NCBI GenBank assembly: GCA_965153285.1
Contig: OZ229110.1
Reading direction: 5' to 3' (one strand)
DNA: 64,000 nucleotides
From: Podarcis tiliguerta
Taxonomy: Eukaryota
Shown here: positions 1-12,500 of the stretch, one piece after another
Numbering within the stretch: the stretch's first letter is position 1
Layout: each line of letters begins with the position of its first letter
Position numbers and translations under genes: made by a program
Notes under the pieces: generated by a model
Database searches by the model: none
The model's input: only the letters and a program-made list of their open reading frames with translations
What the model was told of the DNA's origin: nothing

Positions 1-1519
1 CTCCCATGTGTGCACCCTTGTAAAGAAGGGTGGGGTATAAATGTAATAATTGGTGCCCTTGCACAATAAATCCTGCATTGGTGTCTGGTGGGGATTTCCT
101 TTTGGTGAAAATACCAGTGTATTAGGAAGGCTTTCCCTCAGGATCAGTGCTAGGAAGTAAGAGGTTAACTTCCCCTCTGATATCTGCTTCAGTCCCGATA
201 AGTAATATTCTCTTTCCACTTGGTTTTAATGTATCTATATGGGGTTTGTTGGTTGTTCATTTGTCTGCCTGTCTGACTGTCGCTTTGGGCTGTTTGGAAG
301 TTTCTTTGTGTTGCCTGGGGCACGATAAAGCGGCTATCAAATTTAATAAATAATAATTGTCAGCCCACTTTGGCCATGCCCCGTTTGCATTTTCAAACAA
401 CAACAACTCTGCACATTAAATGCAAAGATGCATCAAGTCTAGTTTGGCCCTAAATCCCTCCCAGTCTAGCTGAATCTAGAGAGGTTGGGAGATGACAGGA
501 TCCTGAGACTGGAAAATGGAACTTCTCAGGTGGAGGGGTGACTGGGCTGGGCATGGCCTCAAAAGGGTTCATGTAATTGACCGCCTTGGACATCAAGTGC
601 CACCATTCTACTTCTCCCCTCCAAAAACATTCCGTTGGGTGTGGAGACTCCCCACCACACCCTTGTTGATTATTACTGTCCCTGCCTACATGCCATGAAC
701 TTCATTTACAAAAAAACAAGGGTGTGCTTCTTCTCAAGCTTTTATTGCATTATATGGAAAACAGCTAGCTAATCCCCAGTGCATTTTCAAAATAAACCCA
801 TCTTCCTGTTTCTTATTTTTCTTCCTTCCCCCCGTTTGCTCAATCCATTATATAGTTCTAGTCACCTCACAATTTGCTCATCCTTTCCTTTCCTGTTCTC
901 CTCCCCGCATGTCCACCCCTTTCTAATCCTCACATCCTGCCATGTCATTCTTCCCCTTGTCACCTTCTTTGGCAGAATGTTTTGCAGAAATTGTTGCCCT
1001 CCTCCTTGCTGTAGGCCAGCTCCCTACACATAGTTCCAAAGAATGAAACAATTTAGATAATTCCTAGAGCATGAAGTACTACCTGGGACTATGTCTCAAC
1101 TGGTCAGGCTCAACAGCAGTTAGCTTCCCTGAAAGCAATCAAGACAAAGACCAAGATATTATGATCCAATTCATATTAAAAATGCTCCATTATCTAAGAA
1201 GAAGCTCTTTGATGTAGTAGAGTACAAAAGCTTAGCCCTACAATGGATCTCAAACTGCATTTGAGGAAATAAGCTGCTTTCACCATAGTTACTGAAATTG
1301 CTAGGATGGCAAGAGGAAAGCTCAGCTTTAGCTCACGGGGGGGGGGTTGGAATGAGAAAAGGTGATAATTGTTTCAATCTGTATTCAGAAACAAAGGACA
1401 CCACAGTCAGGTAAAAATAATCTACCCAGTTTTTGTAGTTAAGATGGCTTACAAATGCTCTACATAATTCAAATATATACATATTTCTGTCACAATGAAG
1501 CAAGATTGCCACTAGTGTT

Positions 1520-1613
1520 GTTGTTGTTGTTGTTTAGTCGTTCAGTCGTGTCCGACTCTTCGTGACCCCATGGACCAGAGCACGCCAGGCACTCCTGTCT
1601 TCCACTGCCTCCC
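1520..1613 (-). mobile_element. 5'-truncated Bov-B (RTE) LINE 3' end
   Basis: CAGTCGTGTCCGACTCTTCGTGACCCCATGGAC Bov-B signature, (CAA)n tail, and a 12-bp TSD GCCACTAGTGTT at 1508-1519 and 1614-1625. Confidence 0.9.
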
Positions 1614-3074
1614 GCCACTAGTGTTATTCCACTGTATTTATGGTGGTTGGGTTTTGTATATGGGGCATAAGAGACACCCAAAGCATTAGTCAGTGATGTA
1701 GTAAAACTAAAACACATGTGCTGACCTGGGGTAGTTTGTGTTCTCAGAAAGTCCTTTGCACTAGGCTGCAAAGGCTGCACCTTCCTCAATAGAAAGTATT
1801 TCCATGTAAGATAGATTCCTGTTTTTCATGAAACATAGAATATGTGTGATAGATGGAGCCAAAACAATGGGAGGTAGTTCAGTCATCTTAAAGAAGACTA
1901 TGTTTTCATTCCAAATATTTGGTTTTGTGTCCACACTTTTTCATCCCTAACTAGGGAAAGTAATACTTTCAGGAAGGCTACCATCCTCAACATTGGAGAC
2001 TTGATTTCAGTTTTGGAAACAACAGAGAATTTCCTCCAGCACGACCCAGTCATGGAAAGGCATTGCAGTTCTTCCTTCAAATTGAATGAAAAAATAACAA
2101 GAGTAACTAGGCACTAATTAATTAGGCATTGTCTTCCCCCTGTCCCCCAAAAAGTATCTGTTGCAACGGAATTAAGGGATGCAGAAGTAAGCCTGTGGAG
2201 ATGTCGGGAATCACAGGGTTTGTTTGACATAGTTGGATAAAACAGCCATTGCTAGTTAATGTGCTAGGATCCATGAAGAAACTGATAAGTTAACATTCTG
2301 AAGGAAACTCACCTGATTTACAGCTCCCAGATTAAGTATGCAGATTGGAACATGGAATCCACACTTAATTCCACAAGGTGGTCTAAGGGTATATTTTCAT
2401 TTTTTAAAACAAACAAACAAACAAACAAACAGAAAACTGCCACTTGGAACCTCTCACACACAGTGTAAATGGGGCTGAAATTGTCCCAGTGTCCCAGACA
2501 TGGGCATTTACTGGGAAGTGGGGGTGGGCAAAGGAGGCAGTGCCTTCCCCCAATGAAGCATAATACCCAGATTCCCAGCTTTTGTTATTTTTTTCTTTAT
2601 GTTAAAGTTCAGATGAACACCTTTGTATTAGCCTATTAAGATGTTAGGCAAATGTACAGGCACTATCCTCATTATTTGTGTATGAGAAACCAGATTGCTC
2701 CCCACTTTGTGTTCTCCTTGCTGCTACCCCCACAAAAAAAATCCAGTAGACTTTGTACAAAAGCAAGCGGGGGGGGGGACATGATGGGTGAAACTTGTCC
2801 AAATGATTCCAACAACCTTAGAAGGTGGTGACTGTTCCTGTTTGGGGTGTGCACTGAAGAAAAGGTTCAGTTCAAGCCCATATTTGACTCTTTAAAAAAT
2901 GGGCTAGCTAAGCTTGAGCAGCTTCAGAATTTACCAGCTTCAGCTTGGGTTCAAATAGGACACTTGCTTCAGAAAATCCCTTGATTTAGAACTGTTGAAG
3001 TGACCCAATCAAACATTGAGGATGATAATGGTTAATGCTTGGAATTTCACTCAAAGGACTCCTATTGAAAATAG

Positions 3075-3430
3075 ATCTGCCAACTTTGGTTCTCTCTGTT
3101 TCTCATTTTTTCCAATATTAAATTCAGTTCTCCACATTTCTGCAGCAATTTGCTTTAAAAAAAACTCATGAAAAGGATTGAGCAGTTTAATGTGAATTTC
3201 TCCTAATAAACACATTTATGTATGAAGTTTTGACACATGTACCACATCTTTGCAAGCAATCCCCCCCTAATATAATGCAATGTAAACATTGGTTGGTGAC
3301 CTGCATTGCAAAATTCAGAGAAGTGTGAATTTTGAAGTAGGGCTGTGTTTCAGTTCTCCTATTGTTTTAGAAAGAGCAAATTTGATAGATCCACCTTTAA
3401 ATGAAAACTGAGTTGAATTTCTTCCCCGTC
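3075..3430. mobile_element. Degenerate copy of the TAGGG-type hAT non-autonomous element (same family as 51550-51951)
   Basis: Shares blocks with the 51.5 kb copy (CTGCCAA.TTT, GTTCTCCAC, GCAAAATTCAGAGAAGTG). Confidence 0.6.
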
Positions 3431-3676
3431 TGTAGCTCCAGTCCTCCCTGCCAACATGTCCAGGTCCCAAAGGGGGGAAGTTTGGGATCTAGGACAGGGT
3501 AGCTGCTTCAACAGTTGTTGTTTCATGGATAAGAGGGGAACACTTAAGGTGCTTGCACCTTATTGGCACTATCCCAACAGGGGCTTTGTGGGTTGAAACA
3601 CAATTCTCATCACCCTCAACTGAAGCTGCAAGCATTGTTCTCCAAACCTCAGCCTTCACTTTTCTGTACATTGTTG

Positions 3677-3890
3677 TAGTCATACCTTGTTTTGCCAGAA
3701 TGGACCCCCGGTCGCTAGCCGAAAAGGACGCAGGGCAAAGCGCTGTGCGCACGCGCGTGGAGCAGTTTGTGCTTCTGTGCATGCTCAAGCAGCAAACCCG
3801 GAAGTAACCCATTCTGTTACTTCCGGGTTTGCCATGGACGTTCGCTGGAATGGACGCTAGACGAGGTGGATGTTCGCAGAGGTATTACTG
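3677..3890. mobile_element. Tc1/mariner-type MITE
   Basis: Ends TAGTCATACCT...AGGTATTACTG|TA; perfect internal 15-bp inverted repeat AAACCCGGAAGTAAC (3794-3808 / 3816-3830); CpG-rich. Confidence 0.65.
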
Positions 3891-4023
3891 TATTTCATTA
3901 ACATGTATTCATTTATGCCCCAAACTAATTTGAAGTAGTCCCAGTAACCAAGCTGATGTATTGTGTATGCAGCCCTGGCAGTTAAGTATGAGTATGTAGG
4001 ATGGGCAGCAGAACTAGGCTGCA

Positions 4024-4582
4024 ATGCGCTCTACGTGGGGCTACCTTTGAAGGTGACCCGGAAACTACAACTAATCCAGAATGCAGCGGCCAGACTGGTG
4101 ACTGGGAGCAGCCGCCGAGACCATATAACACCGGTCTTGAAAGACCTACATTGGCTCCCAGTACGTTTCCGAGCACAATTCAAAGTGTTGGTGCTGACCT
4201 TTAAAGCCCTAAACGGCCTCGGTCCAGTATACCTGAAGGAGCGTCTCCACCCCCATCGCTCTACCCGGACACTGAGGTCCAGCACCGAGAGCCTTCTGGC
4301 GGTTCCCTCACTGCGAGAAGCCAAGTTACAGGGAACCAGGCAGAGGGCCTTCTCGGTAGTGGCGCCCTCCCTGTGGAACACCCTCCCACCAGATGTCAAA
4401 GAGAACAACAACTACCAGACCTTTAGAAGACATCTGAAGGCAGCCCTGTTTAGGGAAGCTTTTAATGTTTGATGTATCACAGTATTTTAATATTCTTTTG
4501 TAAGCCGCCCAGAGTGGCTGGGGAGACCCAGCCAGATGGGCGGGGTATAAATAATAAATTATTATTATTATTATTATTATTA
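4024..4582 (+). mobile_element. 5'-truncated L2-clade LINE (ORF2 C-terminus plus 3' UTR)
   Basis: Translates to [38 protein letters not shown]; GGGCGGGGTATAAAT end; (TAT)n tail; 9-bp TSD TAGGCTGCA at 4015-4023 and 4583-4591. Confidence 0.92.
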
Positions 4583-5349
4583 TAGGCTGCAGTAGATTAA
4601 CAGATACTTTGATGTGCAGTAGGACTCGCAACCACCTACCCACTCCCCCAAAAAAGGATGGAAAAGAAATCCTCCATCTTGAGAGAGTGTGGAGTCATAT
4701 GGCATGAATGACCCAGAGCAGTCAAAATGCAAATTACAAATGCCTGCAATTTCTGTGCAAAACAAGCTGTTGGGCAGCAATATAAACCAGAAGCCTGGGA
4801 GGAATGTTGAAAAGGAAATAAGGCATTTGCTCCCTAACAAAAACATTGCATTGTTTTACTGGTTTAGCAAAGAGACATCTCCTTAGATTTACGATATATA
4901 TTCTCTCTCTCTCTCTCATTCTGGCAGTCAAATCACACTGGACATATGGGCCCACCCATGTCCATGTTAATGCTTAATGTCAGAGATATTTGAGGGAAAT
5001 CGGACTTCCTAGCTTGCTGTGGTCCACTGGCTAATTCTCTGACATGTTGAGATTGTGAAGTGGCTGTACATGAAAGCTCTGAGCCAGTAAAACCATGGCT
5101 GAAATTTTGCCTCACCTATACAGCCATGAGTTTGTGGTAAGCCAGTGATCTCTGATACAGAGGCCATGATCATATCGATCTTCCTTAAAGGGCAATTGTG
5201 AAGATTACAGAGAAAGCAAGAAGGTTAAACCCTTGAAAAAGAATAGAGGCCTGGAGTTGAAGGTGTTTGTTTTGTTCTTTCTGTGTCACTTCATTGCACT
5301 TGTAACTCACCCAGAAAAAGAACAGACACACATTTTGTTTGGGTATTCT

Positions 5350-5470
5350 GAGGCTGCATACACAATACGCATTTAAAGTACATTTTAAAGCACATCCTCC
5401 CCACTCCAAAAGAAAAAAGACAAAGAATCCTGGGAATCCATACAATCCAAAGAATCCATACAGTGTTGAT
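5350..5470. mobile_element. Partial MITE (family of 62630-62850)
   Basis: GGCTGCATACACAATACGCATTTAAAG...TTTAAAGCACAT resembles the left end of the 62.6 kb element. Confidence 0.45.
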
Positions 5471-5769
5471 AGAGGATCTCTGTTGCTTACAAACAAGATT
5501 TCCCTAAAATATATCTGTTTATTCTCAAGTTATTGTACCAAATGCATGAACTGAGAGAGGTATCATTAACAGAGCATTTAAGGGTCTGAAGAGAAGCTGT
5601 AAAACTTGATCTCTGAAGAGCTGGCAGCTAGGAATGGTGCCTAAAGTGTCTGGTTGGCATTTGTTATAAAAATTAATGTTACTTGTTTTAGGACCCACTT
5701 TCTTTCCTAGGAAGAAAAGACAGTCAGGAACTTTGATTTGGTTAGTCTCAGAATATGAACAAATTTATG

Positions 5770-5905
5770 GCAGAAGTAGGGAACCTGAGGCCCTCTGGAT
5801 GTCATTGGACTCCAGCTCCCATCGGTCCAAGCCATCATGGCCAATTGTTAGGGCTGATGGGAGCTGTAGTTCTGTAACATCCAGAGGGCTCAGGTTCTCC
5901 ATCTG
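5770..5905. mobile_element. Degenerate palindromic hAT MITE (family of 42188-42323)
   Basis: GGACTCCAGCTCCCATC...GATGGGAGCTGTAGTTC arms. Confidence 0.65.
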
Positions 5906-6052
5906 ATTTGTGGAAATGGTCACATTAGAAAACAACCCTTAGGCATGACATACACAACTGTCTGTAACGGGGAAACAGAATATCCTGCATTTCTCTCCAC
6001 TGTATCCCAGTGCTCCATAGCTTGTGATTCACCTTACCCTACACTCTGATAT

Positions 6053-6267
6053 CATACCCTCCAACATCCCGCAGAGGAAAATCAGGGCTATGCTCTTGTG
6101 GGAGTCAGGTGACTCATACAAGAGCATGCCCCACCCCCAATAGAGCATCTTTTTAGGCTGTGCTCTTGTGGGAGTCAAAACAGGAGATCCCAGGATCCAA
6201 TCAGAAGCCGGAGTGGCTTCTGTAATTCTGGGATGTCCCGCTCAAAGTGGGACAATTGACAGGTATG
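6053..6267. mobile_element. Non-autonomous DNA transposon / MITE, unclassified
   Basis: Imperfect terminal inverted repeats (TIRs) CATACC...GGTATG, flanked by direct repeat TGATAT (6047-6052, 6268-6273); internal 22-nt duplication. Confidence 0.55.
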
Positions 6268-7727
6268 TGATATTACTGTGCTGTATATTTCCCATGCTTC
6301 ACTTTGTTGGTTGTTGACGATGTCAGGGATTGTGTAGCAGGAGGAGGATGGCAGAATATAGGATAAGCTGAAGAACATGCTGCAGAGGGGAAGAGCCTCA
6401 CAGATTGTTCACCATTATTGGCACAGTCCCATGTTTCCTGTTGCCTGTAATTTTGCCTTTTCCCAGGCTGAACAGAAATTACAATTTGTAATCTTGCTGA
6501 ATATCATGGCTTAACATGACTGAAGATCTTGGGCTTTGTGTGTTGTTCCAAAGAGTACTTGGCAAGAGTTTGTTGATGGTAAACATTTATTGCGTTATGT
6601 GCTTCACATACTAAGTAATTTATTATTAAGTCACTGATAACAGCAAGCAACTGAAAAGTATGTCTGTCAGTCATCTGGTTGCAGATGTCACTCAAAAATA
6701 CCTACGTTCCAAAGCACCTTGTCTCTGTTAGAAAGAAAGATGGAAAGAGAATTGATATGGTGGACATGAAACGAGAAGTGCTTACCCAATACATTAAGCT
6801 CCTTCAGATGAGTTTTTTATTCGCCATTCCAATTTGCTTGCACAAAGTGTGCACAATGGTGGTGATATCTGGTCTTTACAGTGCATTCATTCTTTTTTGT
6901 TCATAGGGCAGATGCTTGCAGGGTGTTTGTTGTCTTTCCTTAGTGAGTTGTTCAGCCCACACTTATCAATGCATTTCCCCATCACTTCCCAAATTGCAAA
7001 AGGTCCATTTTTTATTTTTCAAAAGTCGATTTGTTGTGCTTTAATCCACTTCAATTGTGCAAAACTGAAGTCCTTGCATGTACCTGAACCCCTCTTGCAA
7101 AATACGGACACCCTGGAGGCACTCAGATATTGTTTTAAAAAGAAAGATCCCATTTTCTAAAGAACAGAGCATAAGAATCCCACCCACTCAACCTGTGGCA
7201 AAGAGTTCATTTGATATGATATATCTAGCATGGCACAAGTGAGAGTGACTTCCCCACTTTCTGCCCCAGTGTTACTTTCCGGTGTGACAAAACAGGAAAA
7301 ATAAAGCAGATTCTATGTTCCTATACAGATTTTTATCAGCTCCCCCTCTCATTCCATCTTGTCCCCAGCTCCTATTTCTTCCTCACCTCTTCACCCTTTC
7401 CTTCATCTAACTTTCCTCTTAGACCCCTTGTTCTTTTCTCTGCTACTTCCTAGGGATTTTCCCACTTGGATTTCCACTATTGCTTCTCACCAAGACCACT
7501 CCACCCCCTTTTTGTAAGGGTCTTTGTGCAGCTTTACTCTGGCAACTTTACATTCCCTTCACAGCAATGGCACTGCTTTTTCAAATATTGAGAAAGTGTC
7601 CTCTCAACAGTATTTATAATGTATGTGACTGTTCTGTGACATAACAGCAACTTAACCAGTAGCAGCAGGAAGGTGATTACAGTAAAAGACTGCCAGTTAT
7701 TAGCCTATGATAACCAGATAGATGCCA

Positions 7728-8097
7728 GGGACGTGGGTGGTGCTGTGGTCTAAACCACTGAGCCTCTTGGGCTTGCCAATCAGAAGGCTGGCGGTTCGAA
7801 TCCATGCAATGGGGTGAGCGCTCATTGCTCGGTCCTAGCTCCTGCCAACCTAGCAGTTTGAAAGCATGCCAAAAAAAGTGCAAGTAGATAAATAGGTACC
7901 GCTCTGGTGGGAAAGTAAGCAGCGTTTCTGTGCGCTGCTCTGGTTTCGCCAGAAGCAGCTTAGTCATGCTGGCCACATGACCTAGAAAAACTGTCTGTGG
8001 ACAAACGTCAGCTCCCTCGGCCAGTAAAGCGAGATGAGCGCCGCAACCCCAGAGTTGTTTGCAACTAGACTTAACTGTCTGGGGTCCTTTACCTTTA
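7728..8097 (+). mobile_element. Sauria SINE, full length
   Basis: tRNA-like head (GGGACGTGGGTGGTGCTGTGG; B-box GGTTCGAATCC), body AAATAGGTACCGCT, tail GGGGTCCTTTACCTTTA. Confidence 0.9.
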
Positions 8098-9599
8098 TAA
8101 TCATATAGATAGATAGATTCCCCCATTTCTGTATCATACCCAATGCCTAATGTGGTGCAACCTTCTTTATGCATTTGCATGCATTGGGAATTCTAGAAAA
8201 ACCACTGCAGGGTGAAGAAAAGGATTCTGTGGACACAGTGACCCTTGTGTCCTCCCAAACAAGTACATGCAAGGTGCTCCACTAGAAAGCCCCTCCTGCT
8301 CTCTGGCCCAACTTTTTGTTGCAGAGGCTGGGCTGCTGTAGGAGAGGTCCACATTTACATAAACATAGGCTTAGGTGATAATGAGTGGAAACTGCTACTG
8401 GTCGTTGTGCAGTCATTTCAGTTTTTCTTCAAAATTCTCCATGGGTTTTTGGGCAAAAGGGACAAGCAAGAATAGCTGCATTCACCTCAAATTTCTCTTT
8501 GGGTGAAATTCAGGAGCAACTCTAGGGACCATTTTCTATTATTCTTTTGCAGTGTGCAAACTCTTCAGTGTGAGAGTGCAAGGGAGCAGGAGTGAATACA
8601 GCCACCATCATGATTTCCCTGTGCAAAAAGTAGAGAGTCTTTATTCCTTTGCTCCCTTAAAGTTTTGAGATACAATTCCAGCAATCCAGACACCAAGCTG
8701 GGCATTTTCAAGCAACAGTATATTTCATATAATTGATTTTGTTTAAAATCTTATCATTTATAAAGCCATACAAGGAACTGCAATGAGTCAAGATAGCTGT
8801 ACAAAGGGAAAGGAAAGCTTAGTTGTGCATGGTCCATTCACACATGAACCATGGGTGATGCAGAGGCGTCTCTTAGAGAAGTGACAAAAGGTATGGGCAC
8901 AAAGATACAAAATATAAAGGATAATTCTGTCTGTATAAATACATAAAAAGGGAGTTAATTCTGGCATGTGGCTTGTTTCCCTTCCCAATTACTCCTCTTT
9001 GTGTAGGCATTTGCATGTTTGGTGTGTACTTTAAAAATGGGAGGGGATGCAAGAAGAAACAAAAAGTTGCTTTAAAAGGTCATTAATACTGATAAAGGGT
9101 GCTGTAACAACATTAACCATGGTAGTCATAAAACAGCAAATAGTCTGAACTGCAATTTTAAAGTCTGGATCTCCCTGCTTCTAGCGGCTGCAACCCTATA
9201 ACCGTTGTCTATAAGCTCTATTGTCTTCAGTGGAATTGACTTCTGCATAGAACTGCCCTCTTAACTTGAGAGTAGATGTCACTGACTTGAATGGGGTGTA
9301 CTTCCTAGTAAACACTGTTAGATTTGGACCATTTGGCTTTAAATCTGAAACTGATTTTGGAGCTATGCCACTCATCTCCTGTAGACCTACTTAAAAAAAT
9401 GGGAACTGACTACTGGAGATCAATGGGCCTGCTCCAAAGTTGAGTAATTTTATGCTGCTCTTTGAAAAAGTACCTACTTGCAACAGAAACCAGCATCCCA
9501 ATCCTAAACCCATCACTTGTAGGACCACATGATTGTAATGGGGCACTTCCAAGGAATATGGTTAGGAGTAAAATGTCTTCTTTTTGTGGGGCTCAATAT

Positions 9600-12500
9600 T
9601 CCGGTGGTGTTTTAGGAGTCTGTTGCTTTTATTAATAACCCTATACACGCTGCTTTTCTTTAGCCCCAAATTCAGGTATATATTGGATGGCATTGGCTAA
9701 TGATTTATTTGGAGAACCACAGGAGCTTTGTGGCTATGCAGCCAGGTTGCCATTAATGGGCACAGGGTGAATGAGGGGCCATGTTGAACAAGGGTTTGTT
9801 TGTTTTTAATGTGGGTGAGAATGCTGATGAAAATGCTGTACAAACACTATGATGACAAATTATGGAACAACTTCTAAAAATGGGTGGAAGCTTTATAAGG
9901 GGGCTGCAATAGGAGATGTTAGTCTTCATTGCCTTAGTATGATAGAAGCTATTATGTCCATGTATAAACCTGGGAGTTTATTCCTCACAAAGTGATGGTT
10001 TTATCCCTTTTAATTTTTAACTGAACTTCTTGGCTTAATCAGAACAGACTCAACTTGAATAACGTGTTCTGAGTCATCCACAAACAGATTAATAAATTGA
10101 TGGTTGCCAGAATAGTAATATATTGGGCCTGTGGCCTTTAAATGTTTCTCCAATACATCCAGTTCCAATTACTGAGTACAGGCCATTGGTTTCTTTTGGG
10201 TATTGGTCTAGTATGGTCCTTATGACTCTGGCCTTATGACTTTCTTATACTACAAGAAAGATTTAGCAAAACTACAATGCTAGCTCAATGCCCCATGTAG
10301 AGTAGCAGTGCAGCCGTTTGCCATAATGCAGAGATATATTAGGTCATTAATCCTCACAGCTATATTGAGCTGGATGTCAAATAATATTTGTTGCTGCAAA
10401 ATATTAAACATCTTTGTCCGCTGTATGTCAGCTACAGAGAGACAAAAAGAGACAGTACTGTCTCTAATGCTGTTTACTTTAAATTTCTTTTACAGGCATT
10501 GGGAAGGGATTACTTATTTAAAAATGATTACTTATTTGAAGTTGTATTTAAAGCAAGCAACTGCAGGAGCTTTAGGGATAAATTTGGGATTTTTATAACA
10601 TTTAAGGAACTGGACATGAGGGTATATGAATGGCTTTGCTCCTGTTCTCTTCTACATCTTACTTTGGCTGTTTCACTGCTCAGTAACCTTCCTCAAATCT
10701 CAAGTTATATATCAAATTAGTTATCACCACCCAGCTGGTGGAAGGGTGATTTAAGTTTCACAAATTTGCTAGAGAAAAACATAATGAACAAAAGTCACTA
10801 GTAAACACGATTTTAAAACAAAGAAAGAAAAACTAAAGAGTGGAAAAGAGGCACATTCAAGAAATGTACAGCCAACAGGAAGAGGAAAGTGCATTTCAGA
10901 CAGGTATCTTTGGCAAGATTATGCAGTTCTTTTTGTACGGAGGAGGGTGTTTGTGTGCATGTGTATAAAATATAACACCTTCTATTGAAAGGGTAGAGTT
11001 ATTACTACATTGCATACATTGGGGGGGGGGGATTACATTAGACATCAGTCCCAGGCATTGGAAATGAGTTGGTGAGTTTCAGATGGAATTATCTTCTCTT
11101 GTGCTCTTTAAAAGACATTCAATAAATGGCACAAGTTTTTTTCGGGGATTGCAGCAGCTCCTCCAGCACTTGGAGTTTGGCAGAAAGCAACTAAACCAGT
11201 TTAGAACAGGGACTCGCTCTCTCCAGTGCCACAAACAGCCTCCTTAAGCCTATGAAGAAACTGTGGCTGAGGCAAATTAACACCACCAAACAACCCAAGG
11301 ATGACTCACCTAGTGAGCAGCTCACTTACATCCTGGGCAAGTGGCTGGGTGCGGGGAGATCAATGGATAAAGAACATGGCAGACGCAAATAGCCCCACAA
11401 GGCAGAGAAGGAGACAATCTGTTGCCTCTGAAGTTGTGACAGTATTTCGAAAATTGGTTGCCTTCTCCTCCTCACATATGCCAGGATGTTCCTTCCTGGG
11501 TTGGCACTGGCAGTCCATAAAAATGGACCAGAGGTTTCCATCGAGATTGGTCTCCTTTTGATCCCTGCTCTATGGTTCTTAGCACAAATGGAGAGGCACA
11601 CTGCAAGTTGAGGGAAAGGAAGGAAGGGCAGATAAAAATCATACTCCACTAACCCAATCAAGATATACACAGAAATTATTGGGTCTGGGGGAACTCTCAT
11701 TTCTTCTAGCAACTTCTTGTGCCTCTTTGTGCTCTTTTTCACAAGCACTTGGTTAGCTCCGGAGCGAGAGCCACCCTGGAGGAGCTGGGGACCTGATCTA
11801 TGGAAAAACTGTGGTTGATAAATACAACGGTTACTCCTAAAATGCAGCTTTTGTCTTGAATGCAAGCTGGAAAAGCAACAAGTTACATAATGTGATTAGC
11901 TCTGCCTTTTAAAATAAAGCCATAGTCAGCAAGTATGGCCCAAACACATAGGGATCTTTAAACTTTCCATCTTCAGCTAGTGAGTTAGTAAAGGAGCAGT
12001 GAGCAGGTCATGGCTGGAAGCAGGTATTCTGACATGCGTGTGCTCGCCATGATGATATATATGTGACCACAGAAGCCTTATATCAAGGTCACTTCCTTTG
12101 AATGGCAAAACAATAATGAACCATAAAGTTTCAATACCGCTCTCTGTGGCAAGACAGCAAATGATGAAGGGGAAGGGTGAGATTGCAAATTTTAATTTTT
12201 TGAAAGCAGTGAAAAAATGAAGTCTGAAAAATAGAGACTTTCAAAAAATATATATATTTATAATATTTATATATATATCTATAGACACAGTGTTTCTCTA
12301 ATTGGTTAATGGCAGGGTGAGACAGTTGCAGGTGAGGGAGGGGGAATCATCTTGCTTGAATTTTGCAGAAGGAGGACATATTTGTAACCTAGAAGAGAAT
12401 AAGCTATCGCAGTCTCTGGCATCCCATCTGGATGCGGGTGGGGCAGAGCCTGGACGATGACACCAATAACTGATGCTCCCACTCCATCCAAGGAACCATC

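Noticed and set aside
7728-7805. tRNA-like A/B boxes (also at 50775, 17907, 31590)
   Set aside because: These are SINE heads; no complete cloverleaf is evident.
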